A DNA stretch of 64,000 nt from Coprothermobacterota bacterium (GTDB taxonomy: Bacteria; Coprothermobacterota; Coprothermobacteria; Coprothermobacterales; Coprothermobacteraceae): NCBI GenBank assembly GCA_036679065.1, contig JAZIGN010000003.1, positions 64,001 to 128,000 of the forward strand, in the 5' to 3' direction. The translations under genes and the position numbers were made by a program. Shown one piece after another: positions 39,301 through 47,035 of this stretch (position 1 is its first letter; each line of letters starts with the position of its first letter). The notes beneath the pieces are model-generated. The model was not told the DNA's origin. It did no database searches and worked only from the letters and a program-made list of their open reading frames with translations.

Positions 39301-39455
39301 CCTGTCAAGGGAGAGTAGTAGAGACTGTACAGACTCTTGCTTTTACAAGCCTTCTTCAGCTGTTTTAAAGTGTATGTACGTCCCTTCCCCGTCGGTATAT
39401 CCAGGTAAACAATACCTTTGGCATCCCTTAAGAGTGCCTCCCACTCTTGCAGCAT
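36339..39455 (-). CDS. Large diguanylate cyclase: degenerate P-loop domain, TPR-like helical region and GGDEF domain
   Basis: DALTGLFNR, DVDNLKNINDTLGHPVGD, RQSD I-site, intact GGDEF. Start placed at the leaderless ATG 39455. Confidence 0.85.
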   Translation of the reverse strand: MLQEWEALLRDAKGIVYLDIPTGKGRTYTLKQLKKACKSKSLYSLYYSPLTGIGQLFHDLLCEVREGFLEEFPEHGPIIRRYLHDRFYPALGAFKPYRPLAVSQEQTLLLSAMVDLVRASGIKYWFIDDWLQDDYNHLFSVVLPELVAATDITVVVVGDAFPQEWAETVLENSSLDPFLGDGYLVEYCRNLGFTEEDAGKMIAETEGNWHELLFLCQTRAKTLSEAVQKALSELPQKALDLVNGFAVMAERNSSFIKDILLGGDQKDYSALEPLERLHLVFWESPLYRFPSSRVRQEVRERIPEPRRKQIIENVADAMAQAGYSDYWGRIATRYRTVGNRKKEAFALLMELRANKGTLEAMKTIERLDQLGVKGPGYKRLKSLCQYWANDLEGAVETLKSLKNPNLVDMANLVRFLSYSGRTAEAEALVLELLRDKEALYDSLFFPRFAGDLTLPLVLKGRYREGLELLEQFLEVIVGKRYLREHLGSFYNSLGVLLAYNGRFYAAYDAFQRGLEIMGPLDGSEVHLRLLINLSDSALELEGPSASFKYVNAAFRSTAPCNLALRAVALSNYCATYFQFMGLPKEALEELISLMPEADSKTRFDVGEVAVVIYWLSGMENLAKDVLSMMNAETGSEEEHFRLTVFQAVLDLRSWSEVTFPSLGLSSSQPLYPLMWLCKKSPENLSKLKLFSSDRPIVLFLRAFRQRDTVENLMAFAVRAEHGWYLADAMFIYELLASLVEGEEKAAFLEEALRLATLLGLSEKANLLRKEIHEANIPLTHSMNLQMLEKSLLSLPLEQATISGFINYLGNILSHFYEDFFLSISWGEEIYRAGRERVSGFAIDMYLPPFWGTLVVKNGNVADALVLKAVLLSVERVWGIRYGTNDALTGLFNRNFGLEVLNRLWSDYERSGRSFSVIFMDVDNLKNINDTLGHPVGDQVLREVGSGLKKHIRQSDFAVRWGGDEFLAILLQSDEQGAQKVAERIEMELANSPIPVGLSYGIVEAKEVLTLEELLRTSDARMYLQKRSKKTRKGEDERT

Positions 39456-39512
39456 AATGAAATTATAATCTAACGAAGCGAATAAACACAATTCATAAAA
39501 GAGGTGAAGAAC

Positions 39513-39968
39513 ATGGAACAGTGGCTTGAGGTAAAACTTATCGGTTTGGATGGTAAGCCGGTGAAAGTAAGTGACTTTCAAGGCTGGAAAGTATTGTACT
39601 TTTTTCCCAGAGCTATGACTTCAGGATGCACAATGGAAGCCGAGGATTTCTCAAGGCTTCATGAGGACTTTCTGGCCCTAGGCGTGACAATCATTGGAGT
39701 GTCCACAGACAGTGCGGAAAGACTTAATAAGTTCAAAGAAAAGGTCGGAATCCCTTTTGTTCTGCTAAGTGACCCTGATCATGAACTGGCTGAAACGTTG
39801 GGCGTGTGGAAAGAAAAGAACATGTACGGTAAGAAGACCATGGGCATCGAGCGGAGCACCTTTCTCATAAACCCTGATAACCAGATAGTCAAGGAATGGC
39901 GGAAGGTAAAAGTCTCCGGACATGCCCAGGAAGTGCTTGCTAAGGTAAAAGAGATAGTTAAAAGCTAA
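39513..39968 (+). CDS. bcp: Peroxiredoxin BCP/PrxQ (single Cys)
   Basis: LYFFPRAMTSGCTME, GVSTD, GIERSTFLI. Confidence 0.92.
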   Translation: MEQWLEVKLIGLDGKPVKVSDFQGWKVLYFFPRAMTSGCTMEAEDFSRLHEDFLALGVTIIGVSTDSAERLNKFKEKVGIPFVLLSDPDHELAETLGVWKEKNMYGKKTMGIERSTFLINPDNQIVKEWRKVKVSGHAQEVLAKVKEIVKS

Positions 39969-39978
39969 ACAAGCTTAG

Positions 39979-41217
39979 CTACCAACGGCTCAAATACTCC
40001 TTTTGACTTTCAGTAAGCTGGTCGATTTTTATGCCCAAGGAGTCGAGTTTGATCCGCGCCACTTCCTCATCAACCTCCGAAGGCACCTGCAGCACCTGAG
40101 GCTGCAGCGCTCCCTTGTTCTGCATTAAGTATCTAAGTGAGAGAAACTGAGCGGCAAAAGAAAGGTCCATAATCTCAGCTGGATGCCCTTGGCCAGCAGC
40201 CAAATTCATGAGCCTGCCTTCCGCGATAAGGAATAACACCTTTCCATTTGGCATTCTGTAGCCCATAATGTTTGGCCTGGCTTCATAGCTCTCCTTAGCC
40301 AACCTTTCCAAAGCTGCTACGTCCACTTCCACATTGAAATGCCCGGCATTGCCTAAGATAGCTCCGTCTTTCATCTTTAAGAAATGCTCTTCACGTATGA
40401 CACCCGCATTACCTGTAGCAGTTATGAATACTTCCCCCACTTGGCAAGCTTCATCCATGCTCATCACAGTAAAACCTTCCGCATAAGCTTCTAAGGCTTT
40501 TACTGGGTCAACTTCTGTGACAATGACCTTCGCCCCCAGACCTTTGAGTTTTTCCGCAATACCTCTGCCAACAAAACCGAAACCTGCCACCACGAAGGTC
40601 TTACCACCAATGAGTAAATTCGTGTTGTGCATGAAACTGTAGACAGAGGATTCTCCGGTGCCGTAGCGGTTGTCGAATAAATGTTTTACTCGTGCGTCAT
40701 TCACAGCCATCACAGGAAATGGCAGTCTACCAGCATTTGCCATGTTTCTCGCTCTGATAAGCCCCGTAGTGGTTTCTTCCGTGACGCCTATGACTTTCTC
40801 AGCCTTTTCTGGGAAACGTTCCACGAGCATGGTGGTCAAATCAAATCCATCGTCCAATATCAAATCGGGATTGAAAGAGAGCAGGTGCTGTAAGTTCTGT
40901 TCATACTCTTGTTGAGTCTCACCGCGCCAGGCAAAAACTTCTAGGCCCTCGTGCTCAAGGGCCGCAGCCACATCATCCTGCGTAGAGAGAGGATTACTTC
41001 CCGTAACAACCACCTGAGCGCCTGCATCTCTAAGCAACAAAGCCAAACGGGCTGTCTTTGCCTCCAGGTGTATACACATGGCAATGGTCAGACCGTTAAA
41101 AGGTTTCTCCTTGGCGTAAATATTCTGCAGCTCCCCGCACACAGGCATGAAACGCCTAACCCAGTCAATTTTAATCAGCCCATCACCATATAAAGCCGGA
41201 TTCTTTACTTGACCCAC
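39979..41217 (-). CDS. ahcY: Adenosylhomocysteinase
   Basis: HLEAKTA, SNPLSTQD, EETTTG, KHLFDNRYGTG, GHFNVE, GHPAEIMDLSF. Confidence 0.96.
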   Translation of the reverse strand: MGQVKNPALYGDGLIKIDWVRRFMPVCGELQNIYAKEKPFNGLTIAMCIHLEAKTARLALLLRDAGAQVVVTGSNPLSTQDDVAAALEHEGLEVFAWRGETQQEYEQNLQHLLSFNPDLILDDGFDLTTMLVERFPEKAEKVIGVTEETTTGLIRARNMANAGRLPFPVMAVNDARVKHLFDNRYGTGESSVYSFMHNTNLLIGGKTFVVAGFGFVGRGIAEKLKGLGAKVIVTEVDPVKALEAYAEGFTVMSMDEACQVGEVFITATGNAGVIREEHFLKMKDGAILGNAGHFNVEVDVAALERLAKESYEARPNIMGYRMPNGKVLFLIAEGRLMNLAAGQGHPAEIMDLSFAAQFLSLRYLMQNKGALQPQVLQVPSEVDEEVARIKLDSLGIKIDQLTESQKEYLSRW

Positions 41218-41255
41218 CTCATAACACGCTCCTTTCTTCTTTCTTACATACTAAC

Positions 41256-42326
41256 TCAAGGACACAATATGATCTGCCTGTACCAAAGGCAGTCTCCACA
41301 ACTGGGCATATTCCCCCAGCAGTCTGCTTTGTCATCCCATAGAAAGCTGCACCCGTCTCGCAAAAAGCAGTCAGCACAAGAGGGATAAAGGGCATACCGA
41401 ACCTTGAAACGAAAGATGCTGTAATCAGGACTGTTCCAAATATTCATCAGCGATTCTTCGTTTATGTTTCCGAACCCACGAGTGTGAAGTGTCTTCACTC
41501 TACCGAATACACGCTCGGCGCCCTCATGGAGAAAGCGATAGCAAGGACATACTGTACCGTCAGCCGCTATGACGGCTGCACTTCTCTCCACAAACCTGCA
41601 GAGGCGATCAGTTCTTATACAGAATTCTGGGTACTCCACGCCTACCTTGGCATAAAGTTCAGAAGAAAGTCTAAACCGCAAATCACTGGCTCTGTCTTTC
41701 ACGTAAAGGACTTCTTTATCCAGCTCGGGTGTCATGGGAAGCAAATTGTTTATGAGAACGTATCTGATACCGTGTTTACTGAGCTCCTTCATAAGTTCAA
41801 TGTCCTCTTTTAAGCTGCTCTTTGTCAAAACCATTTCTGCAGATAAAATGGGGCGCATTTTATTTCTTAGCTGCTTCAGACGAGTTATGAGATCACCCAC
41901 AATGAAGGTGTTTTCTACATTGTTGTGTCCCAGTGGGGAAGATTCCACCGATATGTAAATCTCATCAACGCGCTGATCCACCAAGAAATCTGCAACCTCT
42001 GGATTTATGAGAGTTCCGTTGGTGGTTATGGTAACCCTTTTGTAAGCGTTCTTTAGCTGTCTGACAACCTCCTTCCAAAGTGGATGCATGAGCGGCTCAC
42101 CAATACCACCAATGATGACATCCTCAGCCGGAGAATCAATGACTTCACGAAGCATGTTTTGCACGGTCTTTTCGTCCATGAGTGCTTGAGCATGATCCTC
42201 ATAGGTATGCCTGAAACACATTGCGCAGTCCAAATTGCAAGCTCTGGACAGTTCAACGTAAACGCGCTTCAGGGGCTTGGGTTCAATTAAGACTTTGGCA
42301 TTACCCAGGTAATATTCCACCGCCAT
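41256..42326 (-). CDS. Radical SAM/SPASM protein, tungsten-oxidoreductase maturase type (Cmo-like)
   Basis: CNLDCAMC; GGIGEPL; SPASM C...CPCYRFLH...CADC...C...DCWGNMPSCGDCLW...ILCP; near aor and moaD. Confidence 0.8.
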   Translation of the reverse strand: MAVEYYLGNAKVLIEPKPLKRVYVELSRACNLDCAMCFRHTYEDHAQALMDEKTVQNMLREVIDSPAEDVIIGGIGEPLMHPLWKEVVRQLKNAYKRVTITTNGTLINPEVADFLVDQRVDEIYISVESSPLGHNNVENTFIVGDLITRLKQLRNKMRPILSAEMVLTKSSLKEDIELMKELSKHGIRYVLINNLLPMTPELDKEVLYVKDRASDLRFRLSSELYAKVGVEYPEFCIRTDRLCRFVERSAAVIAADGTVCPCYRFLHEGAERVFGRVKTLHTRGFGNINEESLMNIWNSPDYSIFRFKVRYALYPSCADCFLRDGCSFLWDDKADCWGNMPSCGDCLWYRQIILCP

Positions 42327-42445
42327 GTAACTATTTTAGCTGTTCTTGAGGGCGCTTGCGTCAAACAACAAGCATATGAGCTTGAGCAAAACGTTACATG
42401 ACTCGAAACATGGAATCAGCTATCGTTCCTTTTTTCACTTTTTTC

Positions 42446-42454
42446 TGCTATAAT
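42446..42454 (+). promoter_or_regulatory. Extended -10 promoter of the hydrogenase maturation operon
   Basis: TGC-TATAAT about 130 nt upstream of the first start codon. Confidence 0.65.
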
Positions 42455-42460
42455 GATTTT

Positions 42461-42586
42461 AGCCATTCTGAGGCGGAGGATTAAAAAATCTGACACCGAG
42501 GAAGGAAGGTAAAAGGCGAAGCAGCATTTTTACAAAGCCTCTTTAACCTCCTTTTCCAGGTGCCAACACAAAAGGAGGTCTTTAAA
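42461..42586 (+). promoter_or_regulatory. Structured 5' leader with alternative anti-SD and anti-anti-SD pairings (candidate cis-regulatory RNA)
   Basis: ACCTCCTTTT (42546-55) is the perfect complement of the SD region AAAAGGAGGT (42570-79). It can alternatively pair in a long stem with 42494-42517. Confidence 0.5.
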
Positions 42587-42829
42587 TTGGAAAGATTCTA
42601 CATTGTGAACATCATCGTTAACAACCGTGAGAAAGCCTACAGGCAAGTGAATGAATTACTCCATGATTTTGCTGAGGACATTCGCCTGCGCGTGGGGTAT
42701 CCTTTACCCGAAGAAAACGCGGCTATCATCCTACTGGTGGTGAAAGCAAACAACGATGTATTAGGAAGCCTGACAGGAAAATTGGGCCAGTTGGGAAGCG
42801 TCCAAGTAAAGACTTTACCCCTGAAATAG
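42587..42829 (+). CDS. TM1266-family iron-only hydrogenase system putative regulator (ACT-like fold)
   Basis: VNELLHDF...IRLRVGYP...LTGKLGQL..V.VKT; directly upstream of hydG; TTG start after AGGAGG. Confidence 0.88.
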   Translation: MERFYIVNIIVNNREKAYRQVNELLHDFAEDIRLRVGYPLPEENAAIILLVVKANNDVLGSLTGKLGQLGSVQVKTLPLK

Positions 42830-42846
42830 TTAGGAGCTGAGGCAGC

Positions 42847-44280
42847 ATGGCCAATAATGGTATAAAAATAGCAAACACGCTAAGCGAAAGCGATACTGAA
42901 TGTTTCATTCCGCATCAGGAAATCTTCGATCTGCTGGAAAAAACCCGTAACCCAGACCCAGCCGAGGTCAGAGACATTTTGGCAAAGGCAATGAATAAGG
43001 AACGTCTGCTTCCACGTGAAACAGCCACTCTTCTTAACACAGAAGATCCTGAATTGGTGGAGGAAATATTCCAAACAGCGAAGAAGCTAAAACAACAGGT
43101 TTATGGAAACCGTATCGTGCTCTTTGCTCCTCTTTATGTGGGCAACGAGTGCATCAACGGGTGCCTGTACTGCGGTTTCCGTGTGGAGAACAAGGAACTA
43201 ATTAGAAAAACGCTCACCGACGAAGAGTTGGAGCAGGAACTTTATGCTCTAACCTCCCGTGGGCATAAACGTCTTATTGTGGTATTCGGGGAACATCCCA
43301 TGTATTCACCCGAATACATTGCAGGTGTAATTCGCAAGATCTATGCTTTTAAAAACGGACCTGGAGAAATCAGGCGCCTAAACGTGAATGCAGCACCGCA
43401 AACAGTGGATGGATACAAGATCATAAAGGAGGCAGGCATTGGTACGTTTCAGATTTTTCAAGAAACATACCACCTGCCGACATACAAGAAATTACATCCC
43501 CACGGACCAAAATCCTCTTACACGTACAGGCTCTATGGCTTGGACAGAGCCATGGTAGCAGGGATTGACGATGTAGGCATTGGGGCTTTGTTCGGACTTT
43601 ACAACTGGAAGTTCGAAGTAATGGGGTTAATGTACCATACCCAGCACTTGGAAGAACGATTTGGCGTGGGTCCGCACACAATCTCATTCCCTCGCATGGA
43701 ACCTGCTGTAAATACGCCCATGGCAGAAAACCCTCCTTACAAAGTTAGCGACTATGATTTCAAGCGCCTCATCGCCATAATCAGGCTCTCTGTCCCTTAT
43801 ACCGGCATGATACTCACAGCTCGCGAAAAGCCAGAAATCAGACGCGAAGCTTTGGAGATGGGCGTTTCACAAATAGATGCCGGTTCCAGCATTGGTATTG
43901 GTTCTTATTCAGCAAGCGACCCTGAAGAGGTTAAGAAAAGTCAGTTCTTACTGGGTGACACGCGGCCCTTGGACGAAGTCATATATGAACTGGCATCCCA
44001 CGGCTACATACCTTCTTTTTGCACCTCCTGTTACAGAGCAGGCAGAACCGGTCAGCATTTTATGGAGTTTGCCATACCAGGTTTCGTTAAAAACTTTTGC
44101 ACGCCAAACGCACTATTGACTTTTGAAGAGTACCTCATGGACTACGCTTCGCCAAAAACAAAAGAGATAGGTGAAGCTTTGATTGAACAGGAACTCATGC
44201 AAATGCCTGAAAACAGGCGCAGCATGGTAAAAGGGCTCTTGGAGCGTGTTAAGAACCATGAACACGATGTCCGATTGTGA
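42847..44280 (+). CDS. hydG: [FeFe]-hydrogenase H-cluster radical SAM maturase HydG
   Basis: LFAPLY, CINGCLYC, FQETYH, PHTISFPR, PSFCTSCYR...C. Confidence 0.97.
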   Translation: MANNGIKIANTLSESDTECFIPHQEIFDLLEKTRNPDPAEVRDILAKAMNKERLLPRETATLLNTEDPELVEEIFQTAKKLKQQVYGNRIVLFAPLYVGNECINGCLYCGFRVENKELIRKTLTDEELEQELYALTSRGHKRLIVVFGEHPMYSPEYIAGVIRKIYAFKNGPGEIRRLNVNAAPQTVDGYKIIKEAGIGTFQIFQETYHLPTYKKLHPHGPKSSYTYRLYGLDRAMVAGIDDVGIGALFGLYNWKFEVMGLMYHTQHLEERFGVGPHTISFPRMEPAVNTPMAENPPYKVSDYDFKRLIAIIRLSVPYTGMILTAREKPEIRREALEMGVSQIDAGSSIGIGSYSASDPEEVKKSQFLLGDTRPLDEVIYELASHGYIPSFCTSCYRAGRTGQHFMEFAIPGFVKNFCTPNALLTFEEYLMDYASPKTKEIGEALIEQELMQMPENRRSMVKGLLERVKNHEHDVRL

Positions 44281-44536
44281 AATGCTCCTGGAACGATTTT
44301 GCCAGCAGTTTCAATGCAAGGCTTGGGTATGCGAAAAAGTTGGGAGAAGGATGTCCTACTTACACCCTTTGAAAGCTGGTGAAGAGCGCTACAGTGAGCC
44401 ATTCATTCTCTGTGAAAACGAGCGCTTTGCACTCTTTGTGCAGTGCGACCAAATAAGCAAGCAAATGAAGGATTGGGGCTGGAAGGTGCTTGACTGTGTA
44501 CGAAGATATTTTGACGAGAATTCTCAACCATCCTGA
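44267..44536 (+). CDS. Small hypothetical protein between hydG and hydE
   Basis: 89-aa ORF overlapping both neighbours; same position as the small gene between hydG and hydE in Thermotoga. Confidence 0.6.
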   Translation: MSDCEMLLERFCQQFQCKAWVCEKVGRRMSYLHPLKAGEERYSEPFILCENERFALFVQCDQISKQMKDWGWKVLDCVRRYFDENSQPS

Positions 44537-45542
44537 CAGCGTCACATTGGAACAGGTAGCTTTCGTCTTGTCAAACGAAGAACTAACACCAAAGCTCTTT
44601 GCAAAAGCTGATGAGGTCCGAAGGAAATACCTGGGAACAGAAGTCTTTCTCAGGGGCATTATAGAATTCTCCAACTACTGCTCCAGCAACTGTCTTTACT
44701 GTGGCATACGAGCACAGAACAAGCATGTACACAGATACCGGATGACCCCCCAAGAAATCGTTGACAGAGCACAAATCATAAGCGCACAAGGTATAAAAAC
44801 CGTAGTGCTTCAATCGGGAGAAGACCCTTTCTACACAAAAGAGACGCTCGGTGACATCATAAGTGCCATTCAATCCCTTGGTTTAACCATTACGTTGAGC
44901 TTAGGGGAAAGATCTTTCGACGAATACAGCTATTGGAAAGCGTTGGGAGCTGATCGTTATCTGATGCGACATGAGACAGCCGATGAAGAGCTTTATGAAA
45001 AACTCCATCCAGGTGACAAATTGGAAAACAGAAAAGCGCACTTACTGGAACTTAAAAGATTAGGTTATGAAGTCGGTGCAGGTTCCATGGTAGGCTTGCC
45101 AGGTCAAGACGACTTTGCTCTGGCAAAAGACATCCTGTTCACATACGAGTTGGATGCCGACATGATTGGCATTGGTCCGTTCATTCCACACCCTGATACA
45201 CCTCTTAGAGATGCGCCGCAAGGGACACTGGAAAAAACATTGAAAATGGTAGCGCTGACCAGACTCTTCCTGCCTGATGCTAACATACCAGCCACCACAG
45301 CTTTGGGCAGTATCCACCCACAAGGCAGGCAAATGGCACTAAAGTGTGGAGCGAATGTTATCATGCCTAACTTCACCCCTTCACCTTACCGAGCAGAGTA
45401 CGTACTTTATCCAAACAAAATATGTGTTATGGAAAACGACGTGGCCTGCGGCGAATGCACAAAAGCCCTCGTAAAATCTGCTGGATACACGGTAAGCTTA
45501 AGCCACGGTTACCGCAAAAGGAGGATTAAAGAACAGCAATGA
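44490..45542 (+). CDS. hydE: [FeFe]-hydrogenase maturase HydE
   Basis: RGIIEFSNYCSSNCLYCG, VLQSGED, GPFIPHPDTPL, PATTAL, GANVIMPN, YPNKIC...CGEC. Confidence 0.96.
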   Translation: MTVYEDILTRILNHPDSVTLEQVAFVLSNEELTPKLFAKADEVRRKYLGTEVFLRGIIEFSNYCSSNCLYCGIRAQNKHVHRYRMTPQEIVDRAQIISAQGIKTVVLQSGEDPFYTKETLGDIISAIQSLGLTITLSLGERSFDEYSYWKALGADRYLMRHETADEELYEKLHPGDKLENRKAHLLELKRLGYEVGAGSMVGLPGQDDFALAKDILFTYELDADMIGIGPFIPHPDTPLRDAPQGTLEKTLKMVALTRLFLPDANIPATTALGSIHPQGRQMALKCGANVIMPNFTPSPYRAEYVLYPNKICVMENDVACGECTKALVKSAGYTVSLSHGYRKRRIKEQQ

Positions 45543-46813
45543 CCAGCCTAAACGAAGGACTCATACCCCACACGGCTTTTAGAAAACACATTGCCATTGT
45601 GGGCAGACGTAACGTTGGGAAATCTTCGCTCATCAATGCCATTGCAGGGCAAGATATTGCTCTCGTGAGTGATGTTCCTGGTACCACCACCGACCCAGTT
45701 TACAAGACCCTTGAGGTCAAACCACTGGGTCCAGTAACACTCATTGACACGCCTGGTTTAGACGACGAAGGGCTGCTGGGGCAAAAACGCGTAGAACGGG
45801 CAAAAAGAGCTTTATATAAAGCTGACGCAGCCATACTGGTGGTAGATGACAAGCCTGGGCCTTTCGAAGATTTCATAGTGAGTCTGCTAAGGAACCTGAG
45901 CATTCCTTTTGTCATAGCCGTAAATAAAAGCGATGTAACAGAAGACACAAAGACCCTTGTAAAGGACTATGAACCTTTTAACGTGCCTGTGGTGAAGGTG
46001 GCTGCCGCACAAGGGAAAAACATATCAGAGCTCATTCAAGTACTCAGCTCCCTTTTACCTGATGAAGAAGAAAAGCCTCTTGTAGCACATTTACTAGGTC
46101 AAAATAAAACTGCCGTTCTCGTAATTCCAGTAGATAAAGCTGCACCCAAAGGAAGACTCATCATGCCGCAGGTAGAAGCCATCCGAGACATTATTGACCA
46201 CGGTGGGATTGCCGTGGTAACGCGTCCGCCTGAGCTCAAAGAAACTCTGGAAAAACTGCAGTACAACGTGGACCTAGTGGTCACCGACTCTCAAGTTATC
46301 ATGGACGTGGACAAGGTGGTTCCACCGCAGATTCCATTGACTACCTTTTCCATTCTGGAAGCAGCAAACAAAAGTGATTTAACATTGTTCTTGGAAGGCA
46401 TAAACGCTTTAGAAAAGCTGAATGATGGTGACTGTGTGGCTGTTGTAGAAGCTTGCTCGCACGTTCCCACATGCGACGACATAGGCAGAGTAAAAATACC
46501 TAGGTGGATTGAAGAAAAGTTGCATATAAAGCTGCAATACAAATTTTTCGCTGGTAAGGAGTTTCCTGAAGCAAGTAGCTTACAAGGTTGCAAGCTCATC
46601 ATTCATTGTGGTGGATGCGTGCTCACCAGGAATATGTTCATGAGACGCATGCAACTAGCTAAACGTTTAGACCTACCAGTAGTGAATTACGGTATGCTCA
46701 TTTCCTATCTGCATGGGTCATTGGAGAAAGCCATAAAACCGCTTTTAGCCTTTAGTTATCCGCCCGCGACAGGCGGAAACACAGCTACTTTACCAGGCTC
46801 TAGTGGCGTATGA
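45539..46813 (+). CDS. hydF: [FeFe]-hydrogenase maturation GTPase HydF
   Basis: GRRNVGKSS, GTTTDPV, DTPG, NKSD, APKGRLI, CSH...HCGGC. Confidence 0.96.
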   Translation: MTSLNEGLIPHTAFRKHIAIVGRRNVGKSSLINAIAGQDIALVSDVPGTTTDPVYKTLEVKPLGPVTLIDTPGLDDEGLLGQKRVERAKRALYKADAAILVVDDKPGPFEDFIVSLLRNLSIPFVIAVNKSDVTEDTKTLVKDYEPFNVPVVKVAAAQGKNISELIQVLSSLLPDEEEKPLVAHLLGQNKTAVLVIPVDKAAPKGRLIMPQVEAIRDIIDHGGIAVVTRPPELKETLEKLQYNVDLVVTDSQVIMDVDKVVPPQIPLTTFSILEAANKSDLTLFLEGINALEKLNDGDCVAVVEACSHVPTCDDIGRVKIPRWIEEKLHIKLQYKFFAGKEFPEASSLQGCKLIIHCGGCVLTRNMFMRRMQLAKRLDLPVVNYGMLISYLHGSLEKAIKPLLAFSYPPATGGNTATLPGSSGV

Positions 46814-47034
46814 ATGCCATTCAAATGAAGAATGTTCTTACCGTTCAAAAGCAGAACTGTTCCGGGGATAACTTCGTCTCCCCGGAACAGTTCTTCACTT
46901 ACAGGTTGACCCGTTATTCTATCCAATTCTCGCATTAAGTCTTTAACAGTGGACCCCTCTGGCATGTCCACTTCGTATGTAGGCTTCGGTAGTTTTAGCC
47001 TGAGCGTTGCAAAAAACTCTACTTCGAGCTTCAT
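46756..47034 (-). CDS. moaD: MoaD/ThiS-family ubiquitin-like sulfur carrier
   Basis: VEFFATLR...LLNGKNI...VAVFPPVAGG with C-terminal GG; directly after aor. Confidence 0.88.
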   Translation of the reverse strand: MKLEVEFFATLRLKLPKPTYEVDMPEGSTVKDLMRELDRITGQPVSEELFRGDEVIPGTVLLLNGKNILHLNGIHTPLEPGKVAVFPPVAGG

Positions 47035-47035
47035 C

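Noticed and set aside
39456..39581. N-terminal extension of the GGDEF ORF overlapping bcp
   Set aside because: Head-to-head overlap with bcp; a leaderless ATG at 39455 explains the start better.
39513..39968. BCP lacking a resolving cysteine
   Set aside because: Single-Cys PrxQ variants are a known subtype.
41205..41236. Out-of-frame mini-ORF MRWVK* at the ahcY RBS
   Set aside because: The in-frame GTG 5 nt downstream is still usable; nothing supports a regulatory uORF.
42461..42586. SAM-I riboswitch call for the hyd maturation leader
   Set aside because: Only scattered look-alike strings; it lacks P1 (AUC/GAU), the GGCAACC core and a proper kink-turn. Kept as an unknown structured leader instead.
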